Below are positions 33,539 to 41,980 of a stretch of 60,490 nucleotides of DNA, in pieces. The position numbers and the translations under genes were made by a program. Every line of letters begins with the position of its first letter. Positions within the stretch are counted from its first letter, which is position 1. This DNA is from an uncultured bacterium (GTDB lineage Bacteria; Joyebacterota; Joyebacteria; Joyebacterales; Joyebacteraceae), in NCBI GenBank assembly GCA_964562405.1, contig CAZLTC010000009.1, positions 1 through 60,490 on the forward strand, written 5' to 3'. The notes beneath the pieces are model-generated. The model saw only the letters and a list, made by a program, of their open reading frames with translations. It searched no databases and was not told where the DNA came from.

Positions 33539-34696
33539 TCACTTCCAGACGCCGGATATCGGGGCCCCACACACCGCACACCGCCCGTCGGAGAGGCCCG
33601 TGATCTCTACCGAATAGCCGACTCTCTCTATGAGGGACGCACCGCACGACGGACAACGCGTGTCCGACGCGTCGTGCCCCGGCACGTTTCCGATATAGAC
33701 GTACCGCAGCCCGGCCGCATGAGCGATGTCCCTGGCGTGCTCCAGCGTCTCCACAGGCGTCGGCGGCAGGTCCGTGAGCTTGTACTGGGGGTGAAACCTC
33801 GAGAAGTGGAGCGGAACGTCGGGCCCCAGGTTCTCCACCATCCACTCGCACTGACGCCTGATCATCTCCGGGGAGTCGTTCCTTCCCGGGACTATGAGAG
33901 TAGTGACCTCCAGATGGACGCCCTCCTCGTGGAGTATGCGGAGGGAGCGCAGCACCGGTGCCAGCGACCCGCCCGACATGTCCCGGTAGTACTCCTCGCT
34001 CATGCCCTTGAGATCGAGATTGGCGGCGTCGAGGTACGGGCACAGCGCGCGGAGGGGCTTCTCGTTGATGAAGCCGTTCGAGTGGTAGACGTTCTTGAGA
34101 CCCTTCTCGTGCGCAAGCTTCGCGCAGTCGAGCATGTACTCATAGAAGATCGTCGGCTCCGAATACGTGTACGCGATGGACGGGGCCCCGCTCGCGAGCG
34201 CAGCGTCGACGAGTTCGGCAGGAGGCAGGTCGTAGTTGCGAAGTTCCTCGGGCCGAGCCTGCGAGATCTGCCAGTTCTGGCAGAACTTGCAATCGAGGTT
34301 GCAGCCCGCGGTCGCGATCGAGAACGCCGTGGTGCCCGGCATGAAGTGGTAGAACGGCTTCTTCTCTATGGGGTCGATGTGTATCGCGCATGGGTCGCCG
34401 TACGTGAGCGTGTAGTAGACGCCGTCCCTGTTCTCGCGCACGCCGCAGTGGCCGCGCTCACCGGGCGGCACGACGCACTCGCGAGGGCATAGGAGACAGC
34501 GCACCCAACCGTTGTCGAGCCGCTCCCAATAGCTTGCCTCCCGCGGTCTGACTCGGCCCACCTCCCCCGCTCCCGGTCCTCCGGACGCGATTCCGAGCGC
34601 GCCCAACATGGCGACCGCGGCCGCCGCGAGCACGAGCGTCGCGAGGACGGCGCGCCCGGCACGCGGGCCGCCGGCGCCTCTACTCTCCCTTCTCAC
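33539..34696 (-). CDS. AmmeMemoRadiSam system radical SAM enzyme with an N-terminal Arg-rich + hydrophobic signal/anchor segment
   Basis: Motifs: CNLDCKFCQNWQISQ (CX3CX2C), an upstream CLLCPRECVVPPGERGHCGV cluster, and a C-terminal CPSCG...CAVCG. Start set at GTG 34696, which has GGAGG 6 nt upstream. The alternative ATG 34735 (track) has only a weak SD. With either start the N-terminus is ..RRESRGAGGPRAGRAVLATLVLAAAAVAMLGALGIASG. Confidence 0.8.
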   Translation of the reverse strand: MRRESRGAGGPRAGRAVLATLVLAAAAVAMLGALGIASGGPGAGEVGRVRPREASYWERLDNGWVRCLLCPRECVVPPGERGHCGVRENRDGVYYTLTYGDPCAIHIDPIEKKPFYHFMPGTTAFSIATAGCNLDCKFCQNWQISQARPEELRNYDLPPAELVDAALASGAPSIAYTYSEPTIFYEYMLDCAKLAHEKGLKNVYHSNGFINEKPLRALCPYLDAANLDLKGMSEEYYRDMSGGSLAPVLRSLRILHEEGVHLEVTTLIVPGRNDSPEMIRRQCEWMVENLGPDVPLHFSRFHPQYKLTDLPPTPVETLEHARDIAHAAGLRYVYIGNVPGHDASDTRCPSCGASLIERVGYSVEITGLSDGRCAVCGAPISGVWK

Positions 34697-36272
34697 CGAA
34701 GACCTCCGCGCTGAATCTGAATATCGTGACGTCATCGCGCTTCCACGCGTCGGTCGGCAACCCCGCCTTCATGCAGGTGTGCTCGAGGAAGGTCTGCCGG
34801 TCCCATCCGTACTCCGTGGCCACCTGCGGAAGCAGCAACCCGCTGCGCGACCCGTCCTGCACGACAAGCCCGTCCCTTCCGACGACGATCTCGGAAACAT
34901 CATCGACTACCTTCAGTGGAGACATCACCGAGATCTCGATGTCGATGTCCGGGAGTTCCGATGCCTGCACGGGAGGGAACCGCGGATCGTGCTGCGACGC
35001 CTGGACGGCCATCTCTCGAACGGTGACGTAGAGCGGCTTGACCGCCACGACGTACCCGATGCACCCGCGCAGCCGCCCCCCCTCATGCAGCGTCACGAAC
35101 GCCCCGCACTTCTCCTCGAGCGCCGGCGTGCTGATGCCCACCTCCGGTGGTCGTTCGCCGGCCAGGTCCGCCTCTATCGCCCGGCGGGCGAGCACGAGCA
35201 GCGCCCGCTTCTCCTCTCCCGTGAGCCCGGCGTACGGCCGCACCTCCCCCGTGGCGCCGCCCGGCCTGCCGCTCCCCGCGGCCGGCGGGTCGTCCGCTTC
35301 TTTGTCCGATCCGCTCGCTCCACTCGACCGGCCTGACCCGGGCCGTGTCAGGACCGCCGACATGTAGCCGACGACGCCCGAACGGTCGCCCGTGACGTCG
35401 CCTGAGTTGGCATACTTGAGCACCTTCGCGTGCGATGCCCCCAACGAGCGCGCCGCCATCATCACCGTTGCCATGGGCCCTCCGCCGCACGCCTCGCACT
35501 CCCCTCCGGCCAGCGCGCGAAGCAGCCCCTCGGGGTCGAACGCCTCGACGTGTTCGAGGACGACCGAATCCAGCCCGACCGCCTCGTCGTAGCCGTGGAA
35601 GTGCGAGAGGTCCGAGCTTGCCACCAGCAGCACGCGGTCCGGATCGTTGGTGGCGCGCACGGCCGAAGCGATCGCCGACGCCAGCGTCCTCACCGTACCT
35701 TCGTCCTGCGAGCCCATGATTATGGGGACTATCCTGAACCGCCCGAGCGCTCGCTGGAGGAAGGGGACCTGTACCTCTAGCGAGTGTTCCGCGACGTGAG
35801 CGCGAGGTTCATAGACGAACGAACCCGACGCATCGCGAATCGCCGACGCGAGCGGCTCATCGACGTCGACCACACCCAGCGGCGTCTCGTACCCGTCCCC
35901 GCCGTAAACCGACGCCCCGCGGAAGCCGAACCTGTGCGACGGCGCCACGATGATGACCGTCTCGAAGTCCGCGCCGCGCAGCAGGGCGTATCCGTTGGCC
36001 GCGACCGCCCCCGAGTAGACGTATCCGGCGTGTGGCGAGATCAGCGCCACGATCCTGCCGTCGAGCTTGGCGACCGGGGCGGCGTCCAGGTAGCCGTCTA
36101 TGTCCGACGCGAGCGTAGCCGGGTCGCCCGGATAGAAGCTCCCGGCCACGGCCGGAGGTCTGATGTCGCGTCGCCCGTCTTCGTCCGTCGATCTCACGTT
36201 TTCGTCTCCTCCCTCGGAGGCGCAGCCCGGTGCGCCAAACACAAGTACCAGCATGACGAGCAGGAGTCGCAT
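34680..36272 (-). CDS. Fusion of AmmeMemoRadiSam protein B (Memo-like) and protein A (AMMECR1 domain) with a lipoprotein-type signal
   Basis: Trimmed to ATG 36272, which lies 11 nt after the nadB stop and has a GAGG SD. MRLLLVMLVLVFGAPGCASEG is the signal. Memo part: PPAVAGSFYPGDP, ISPHAGYVYSG, SSDLSHFH. A Gly/Ser/Pro linker follows. AMMECR1 part: CGAFVTLHEGGRLRGCIGY, HDPRFPPV, SGLLLPQVATEYGW. Confidence 0.8.
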   Translation of the reverse strand: MRLLLVMLVLVFGAPGCASEGGDENVRSTDEDGRRDIRPPAVAGSFYPGDPATLASDIDGYLDAAPVAKLDGRIVALISPHAGYVYSGAVAANGYALLRGADFETVIIVAPSHRFGFRGASVYGGDGYETPLGVVDVDEPLASAIRDASGSFVYEPRAHVAEHSLEVQVPFLQRALGRFRIVPIIMGSQDEGTVRTLASAIASAVRATNDPDRVLLVASSDLSHFHGYDEAVGLDSVVLEHVEAFDPEGLLRALAGGECEACGGGPMATVMMAARSLGASHAKVLKYANSGDVTGDRSGVVGYMSAVLTRPGSGRSSGASGSDKEADDPPAAGSGRPGGATGEVRPYAGLTGEEKRALLVLARRAIEADLAGERPPEVGISTPALEEKCGAFVTLHEGGRLRGCIGYVVAVKPLYVTVREMAVQASQHDPRFPPVQASELPDIDIEISVMSPLKVVDDVSEIVVGRDGLVVQDGSRSGLLLPQVATEYGWDRQTFLEHTCMKAGLPTDAWKRDDVTIFRFSAEVFGEKGE

Positions 36273-36283
36273 GGCCGCGCGCC

Positions 36284-37921
36284 TCACGTCGAGTGACCTC
36301 CCCGGGACGCGGCGGCCGTCCTGTTGCACGTATCGCTCCCCTGGATCACGGTGTCCTGCCCGAAGTTTATGTCGTCCCTCTCGGGGTAGTCTTCCACGAA
36401 GTGAAGGCCACGCGACTCCTTCCGCCTCATCGCGCTCCTGATGATCAACTCCCCCACCGTCGCGATGTTGCGGAGCTCAAGCTGGTCGCGGTTGAGCGGC
36501 TGTGTGCGGAAGTACTCGCAAACCTCCGCAAGAATAGGCCTGATGGTCTGAAGCGCTCGCTCGAGACGTTGCGAAGTACGGACGATGCCGACGTAGTCCC
36601 ACATCAACCTTCTAACTATGTCCCAGTTGTAGTCGATGAGGACACCCTCCGCGGGTTCCCCCGGCGCGTTGCCCGACCACTCAAGGGAGCCGCGGACGCG
36701 TGGCCGGGACGGCGAATCGGCCAGCTCCGCCACGGCGGACCTGGCGGCGCGCTGGCTGAAGACGACGGCCTCGAGAAGCGAGTTCGATGCCAGACGGTTC
36801 GCCCCATGCATTCCCGTATGTGCGACCTCTCCAACGGCATAGAGACCCGACACCTCCGTCCGGCAGTCGAGATCGACGGCGACCCCTCCGCAGAGGTAGT
36901 GCGCGGCCGGAACTACCGGTATGGGTTCGGTCGTCATGTCGATGCCGAGTTCCATCAGGCGGCCGTATATGTTCGGGAAGCGCCCTCGCACGCGGTCCGC
37001 CCCGACCGCCGTTACGTCGAGAACGACGTGCTTGTCACCCGACATCTTCATGCTCTTGTCGATCGCACGTGCGACGATGTCCCGGGGAGCCAGGTCTTCG
37101 AGAGGATGCACGCCCTTCATGATGCTCCGGCCGGATAGTTCGCGGAGAACGCCGCCTTCTCCCCTGACGGCCTCGGAGATCAGGAACGACTTGACCGCCG
37201 GATGATAGAGGCACGTGGGGTGAAACTGTATGAACTCCATGTTGCGAACCGAGGCACCCGATCGGTGCGCCATCGCAATGCCGTCTCCGCTTGCGATGTC
37301 CGGATTAGTCGTATAGAGATAGACCTTGCCGCATCCACCCGTCGCGAGGGCGGTGATCCTGGAGAGGATCGTCTCCACGCGGCCCAGGGTCGTGTCCAGC
37401 ACGTGGACGCCCACGCAGGTGGGGGCCCCGTCCGGCCCTTCGCTCACCACGAGGTCTATCGCGACGTGGTCCTCAAGCATCACGATGTTGGGGTTCGCGT
37501 CGACGGCCGAAAGCAGCGCGCGCTCTATCTCACGGCCGGTCATGTCAGACGCGTGGACGATGCGGCGCATGGAGTGGCCGCCCTCCCTCCCGAGCGCAAG
37601 GGCACCACCGTCCTCCGCGGTGGAGAACCTCGTGCCCCATTCCATCAGTCTCCTGATGGAATCGGGGCCGCTTCGAACCGCTAGCTCAACGGCCTCGCGT
37701 CTGCAGAGGCCGACTCCAGCCGTGAGAGTGTCCTCGATGTGACGCTCGAACGAGTCGGCCCCGGCGAGCACGGCCGCGATTCCGCCCTGCGCCATGTTCG
37801 TCGCGGACTCCACGTCCTCCTTCTTGGTGACCACGATGACCTTGCCGCTGTCCGCGGCCAGGAGAGCGAACGTCAGGCCCGCGATCCCGCTGCCGATTAC
37901 CGTGAATTCAGATGACTCCAT
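36284..37921 (-). CDS. nadB: L-aspartate oxidase
   Basis: Motifs: FTVIGSGIAGLTFAL (FAD GxGxxG), NMAQGGIAA, HPTCLY, FISEAVRGEGG, GGVAVD, LYAVGEVAHTGMHGANRLASNSLLE. Confidence 0.9.
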   Translation of the reverse strand: MESSEFTVIGSGIAGLTFALLAADSGKVIVVTKKEDVESATNMAQGGIAAVLAGADSFERHIEDTLTAGVGLCRREAVELAVRSGPDSIRRLMEWGTRFSTAEDGGALALGREGGHSMRRIVHASDMTGREIERALLSAVDANPNIVMLEDHVAIDLVVSEGPDGAPTCVGVHVLDTTLGRVETILSRITALATGGCGKVYLYTTNPDIASGDGIAMAHRSGASVRNMEFIQFHPTCLYHPAVKSFLISEAVRGEGGVLRELSGRSIMKGVHPLEDLAPRDIVARAIDKSMKMSGDKHVVLDVTAVGADRVRGRFPNIYGRLMELGIDMTTEPIPVVPAAHYLCGGVAVDLDCRTEVSGLYAVGEVAHTGMHGANRLASNSLLEAVVFSQRAARSAVAELADSPSRPRVRGSLEWSGNAPGEPAEGVLIDYNWDIVRRLMWDYVGIVRTSQRLERALQTIRPILAEVCEYFRTQPLNRDQLELRNIATVGELIIRSAMRRKESRGLHFVEDYPERDDINFGQDTVIQGSDTCNRTAAASRGGHST

Positions 37922-37933
37922 GGAGCGACCTTT

Positions 37934-38875
37934 CTACCGGGAAGATGTGGCCGAGAGTTCGAGCATGCGCTCGAGAGAGCGCGACGCGCCGGCAAGCGTC
38001 TCCTCGGGAACGTCCACGGTGAAGCGCTCGTGCTCCAGGGACCACGCCAGCCGAGGGAGATCGGTCATCTTCATGTTGCGGCAGACCGCGAACGCGGAGA
38101 GCGGGTAGTAGCGACCCTCCGGATGCTCTCGGTTCATCCTCTCCAGCAGCCCGATCTCCGTACCCACAATGAGCTCGTCGTGCTCGGCCGCGAGCTTCAT
38201 CATGCCGCCCGTGGAGGCGACGTGGTCCGCCATCGTAACGACGTCCGGGGGGCACTCAGGATGGACGACCACGGGGACGCCTGGATGCTCCGCTCTCGCG
38301 AGTTCGACATCCTCGGGCACGAACATGTTGTGGACGTAGCAGAAGCCGTCCCACGCGATGACCTCGGTGTCGACCTTCGTGGAGACGTACGCCGCGAGGT
38401 TGCGGTCCGGAACGAAGAGGACGCGGTCCGCACCCAGGGCCCTCACAATGTCGACCGCGTTCGAGGACGTGCAGCACACGTCGCTCCCCGCCTTGACCGC
38501 CGCCGTCGTGTTGACGTAGCAGACGACGGGAACTCCCGGATACCTTGCCTTGAACGACTCCAGCTCCGCCGCGTCGATCATGTCGGCCATCGGGCAGCCG
38601 GCCGACTCGGAAGGTATGATGACCTTCTTCCGAGGGTTCAGGATCTTCGCGCTCTCCGCCATGAAGCGGACGCCGCAGAGCACGATCAGAGAGGCGTCGG
38701 TCTCCGCGGCGAGCTGCGCGAGTCTCAGTGAGTCACCGAGGAAGTCCGAGACGCGCTGTACGGCATCGACCTGGTAGTTGTGACCGAGAATGACGGCGTC
38801 CTTCTCCCTCTTCAGCGCAACAATGCGCGCCGAGAGTTCGTCATCCGTCAGCCGGGCGTAGTCCTGAAGGTCCAT
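37934..38875 (-). CDS. nadA: Quinolinate synthase
   Basis: Motifs: DAVILGHNYQ, IVLCGVRFMAESAKIL, SESAGCPMAD, VVCYVNT, CCTSSNA, FCYVHN, VVVHPECP. A GGAGG SD 5 nt upstream lies inside the 3' end of lpxK (35-nt overlap). Confidence 0.9.
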   Translation of the reverse strand: MDLQDYARLTDDELSARIVALKREKDAVILGHNYQVDAVQRVSDFLGDSLRLAQLAAETDASLIVLCGVRFMAESAKILNPRKKVIIPSESAGCPMADMIDAAELESFKARYPGVPVVCYVNTTAAVKAGSDVCCTSSNAVDIVRALGADRVLFVPDRNLAAYVSTKVDTEVIAWDGFCYVHNMFVPEDVELARAEHPGVPVVVHPECPPDVVTMADHVASTGGMMKLAAEHDELIVGTEIGLLERMNREHPEGRYYPLSAFAVCRNMKMTDLPRLAWSLEHERFTVDVPEETLAGASRSLERMLELSATSSR

Positions 38876-40010
38876 TACTTCCTCCGCTGTACACCGCCGT
38901 CCGGAGCGCGCGCTCCAGAGACTCCTCTCCCTCCAGTACCTCGATCTCTATCCCGAGCGCCACCAGCGGCACCGTCGGCCGCCAGGCGGCAAGGCGGACC
39001 GCGTCCTTCTCGGTCGTCAGTATCAGCTCGGCGTTCGACTCACGGACCAGTTCGAGAATGTGAGCGTGATCGCGCTCCGTGAAGCGGTGATGGTCAGGGA
39101 ACGAGAGCGCGGCAACCACCTCCATTCCCAGCGCGTCCAGCGTCGACTCGAACTCCGACGGAGAGGCAATGCTCGAGAGAGCGAGACAGCGCCTTCCGCG
39201 GACCCGTGCCAGCTCGACCGTATCGCCGGCTCCCACGTCCCACAGCTCGGCCGGCCTCATTCGCGTGGCGACCAGCGCGGCACGCGGCGCAAGCGGTCCG
39301 AGCGTGGCTTCCACGCGTTCGGTGCCCGATCGGCCACACCTCGTCACCACGATCAGGTCCGCCCTGCCCACGCCCGTGGGGTTCTCCCTGAGGGTTCCGG
39401 CGGGCATGAGAAGACCGCTGCCCACGGGGCGCCTCGCGTCGACCGCCACAACGTCCAGGTCCCTCGCGAGACGAACGTGCTGAAACCCGTCGTCAACCAA
39501 TATAACACCGGCCCCGAGCTTGTCCACGGCGTACCTCGCGGCCCTGACCCGGTCGGCGCCCACGACGACGCTGACGCCTCTCGTAACCATCGCCGCGAGC
39601 ACTGGCTCGTCGCCCGCCTCCTCCCAACCCACAAGCGGGCGCTGCCCCTCGCTCACGACAACGACGCCGCGGGATAGGCGTCCGTATCCCCGGCTGACGA
39701 TCGCCACGGAAAGTCCGGACGACGAGAGCCGGCGCGCGAGGAAGATCGTGAGAGGTGTCTTGCCCGTCCCGCCGACGACCAGATTGCCGACGGATATCAC
39801 GGGGACGCCGAGTCTGACGGGCCGCCAAGCCCTGCACCACTGGACGAGCGCGCTCACGATGCCGTAGGGCACGGACAGCATCACAAGCAGCCCAAACACG
39901 GCGGTCGAGAGCGCTCCCGCGGGGCGACGACCGCCGGCGATGTCGCTCCACCAGCGGACGGCGCCGGGCGTCGTGCTGATCCTCGACCGTCCCCGCTCTC
40001 CTGCCATCAC
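38841..40010 (-). CDS. lpxK: Tetraacyldisaccharide 4'-kinase
   Basis: Motifs: VPVISVGNLVVGGTGKTPL (P-loop), VAIVSRGYG, GDEPVLAA, ILVDDGFQH. The start is GTG 40010 or ATG 40007, within GTGATG overlapping the waaA stop. Confidence 0.9.
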   Translation of the reverse strand: MMAGERGRSRISTTPGAVRWWSDIAGGRRPAGALSTAVFGLLVMLSVPYGIVSALVQWCRAWRPVRLGVPVISVGNLVVGGTGKTPLTIFLARRLSSSGLSVAIVSRGYGRLSRGVVVVSEGQRPLVGWEEAGDEPVLAAMVTRGVSVVVGADRVRAARYAVDKLGAGVILVDDGFQHVRLARDLDVVAVDARRPVGSGLLMPAGTLRENPTGVGRADLIVVTRCGRSGTERVEATLGPLAPRAALVATRMRPAELWDVGAGDTVELARVRGRRCLALSSIASPSEFESTLDALGMEVVAALSFPDHHRFTERDHAHILELVRESNAELILTTEKDAVRLAAWRPTVPLVALGIEIEVLEGEESLERALRTAVYSGGSNGPSGLRPADG

Positions 40011-41278
40011 GCCTCCGGGCGTCTTTCGCCGATGATCCCCGCCGACCGCATCAGCTCGACGATGCGCTCCGTCGCGCCCCGCCCGGACGACACCGCCAGA
40101 AGAGCCCGCCGGCTCATCGAAACACGGAGCGCCGGGTCATCGAGGATGCCGGACAGCGCATCGAGGAGCCCGGCACCGTCCGCCACCCTCACGGCGGCCC
40201 CACGCTCGAGCAGGAGCCGAGCGTCCTCTTCACAACTCGACGTGTGTGGACCGAGGACGACCGGAACGCCCACCGCCGCCGGCTCGAGCGGATTGTGACC
40301 TCCGTACGGGGCCAGCGTGCCTCCCACGAATGCGGCGTCCGCAGCGGCGTAGACACGGCCCAGCTCGCCGGTCGTGTCCAGCAGCGTCACGCGTGACTTC
40401 GGGCCTCCGACCGCGCCCTCGGAGCGTCTCGAGTAGGCGAGCCCGAGGGCGGACAGCCTGGCTGCGAGTGCGGGAGCGCGCCCAAGGTGTCTGGGGGCGA
40501 TCACCACGTGGCAGCCACGACCGAGCACGAGGTGTCGCGCCGCCAGTACGACCACCTCTTCCTCGGCAGGCCTCACGCTGCCGAAGACGACGACCGGCGT
40601 TCCCGCGCCTGCGCCGAGTTCCATCCTTACGGATGCTCTCTCGGAATCACCTGGGGCTTCCGAGAGGGTGTCGTACTTGAGGCTCCCCGCCACTGACAGC
40701 CGCTCCGATTCGAAGCCCAGCTCGAGGTACCGACGTACGTCCTCGTCCGAGCGGCAGGCGACGAATTCGACCGAATCAACCACCGCCCGAGTCGGGAATG
40801 CCACCGAGCGGTACCTCCTCACGCTCGATGCGGAGAGCCGCCCGTTCACGATGGCCACTCGCACGCCGCGCGCGGCCCCACGCACGATGAGGCTGGGCCA
40901 CAGCTCCGTCTCGACGATGAGAAGAGCCCGCGGTCTCACCGCGTCGAGCGCCCTATCCACGCATGAGGGAAGATCGAGCGGCGGGAATGCGACCGCTACC
41001 GCTTCCCCTTCGAGCCGCGCCGCGGCGGCCCGGCCCGTCGGCGTCATGACGGAGAGGAGGACACGTTCTCCCCGGTCGCGCAAAGCCGTGACGAGCGGAG
41101 CGGCCGCAGCCACCTCGCCCACCGAGGCAGCGTGCACCCAGATGCCGCCTGGACAGGCCGGCAGCTCTCCGGTCCTCTCCAGCCACTCGCGCCCGCCCGT
41201 ACGCCGTTTGAAGGCCAGCCACGGCCACGCCGCAGCCCAGGCGAACCTGGTGAGCCCTGTGTAGAGAGCGTAGGTCAA
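40007..41278 (-). CDS. waaA: 3-deoxy-D-manno-octulosonic acid (Kdo) transferase
   Basis: Motifs: IWVHAASVGEVAAAAPLV, IVETELWPSLI, VNGRLS, FVGGTLAPYGGHNPLEPA. TTG 41278 is the track start. Confidence 0.85.
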   Translation of the reverse strand: MTYALYTGLTRFAWAAAWPWLAFKRRTGGREWLERTGELPACPGGIWVHAASVGEVAAAAPLVTALRDRGERVLLSVMTPTGRAAAARLEGEAVAVAFPPLDLPSCVDRALDAVRPRALLIVETELWPSLIVRGAARGVRVAIVNGRLSASSVRRYRSVAFPTRAVVDSVEFVACRSDEDVRRYLELGFESERLSVAGSLKYDTLSEAPGDSERASVRMELGAGAGTPVVVFGSVRPAEEEVVVLAARHLVLGRGCHVVIAPRHLGRAPALAARLSALGLAYSRRSEGAVGGPKSRVTLLDTTGELGRVYAAADAAFVGGTLAPYGGHNPLEPAAVGVPVVLGPHTSSCEEDARLLLERGAAVRVADGAGLLDALSGILDDPALRVSMSRRALLAVSSGRGATERIVELMRSAGIIGERRPEA

Positions 41279-41284
41279 ACCGCA

Positions 41285-41980
41285 TCACTCCGTGTGCAAC
41301 GAGTCCTCGCGCTGGATCCCGGCCGACTCACCCAGCTCTCGAGCGCGCTCGCCGAGCGCCTCGAGGACCTCCGCCAGAGCGCCGGCCCTCTGCTCGACGG
41401 GAGCGCCGTCACCGGGCTCGATCGGGTCGCCGTGCGCCACCACGACCCTCGCGAACGGCAGCGGCACCGCGAACCCGTCCCAGCTGGACAGCCGCTTCGA
41501 GCGATCCGACCAGACTGCGACCGGCACTATGGGAGCGCCCGATCTGTCAGACAGGTAGAATATCCCCGGCTTCACGACTTGGGCCGGCCCTCTCGGACCA
41601 TCCGGCGTCACGGCCAGGTCATGCCCTTCCTTCACCTTCGAGAGCATGCCGACAAGACCTCGCGCGGAACCCCTGGTCGTCGACCCGCGCACGACCTCGT
41701 ACCCGAGGGCCGACATGACGCGCGCGCTGATCTCGCCGTCCCTGTGCCACGAGGAGAGAACGCAGATCCCGCTCCCTCTGTACGCGTACTCGAGACCAAG
41801 GAGCTGGCCGTGCCAGAAGGCGTGTATCACGCGCCTTCCGGCCGTGTGAAAGGCCTCTATCGCCGGGTAGCCATCGATGCGAAGCCGCCAGGTCGCCCCG
41901 AGGCCGCGCACGATGAGAGGACCGAGCGCGCCGGCCGCCGCCACCAGCGCGCGCTCTCTGGCGTCGAGCTTCGATCTCAC
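41285..41980 (-). CDS. DUF374 / LpxJ-type lysophospholipid-acyltransferase-like protein (candidate lipid A late acyltransferase)
   Basis: Trimmed to GTG 41980 (GTGA overlap with the lpxB stop). Motifs: VIHAFWHGQLLGLEYAY, LSSWHRDGEISARVMSALGYEVVRGSTTRGSARGL, LAVTPDGPRGP. These match the DUF374 pattern as I recall it. It sits between lpxB and waaA. Confidence 0.65.
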   Translation of the reverse strand: MRSKLDARERALVAAAGALGPLIVRGLGATWRLRIDGYPAIEAFHTAGRRVIHAFWHGQLLGLEYAYRGSGICVLSSWHRDGEISARVMSALGYEVVRGSTTRGSARGLVGMLSKVKEGHDLAVTPDGPRGPAQVVKPGIFYLSDRSGAPIVPVAVWSDRSKRLSSWDGFAVPLPFARVVVAHGDPIEPGDGAPVEQRAGALAEVLEALGERARELGESAGIQREDSLHTE

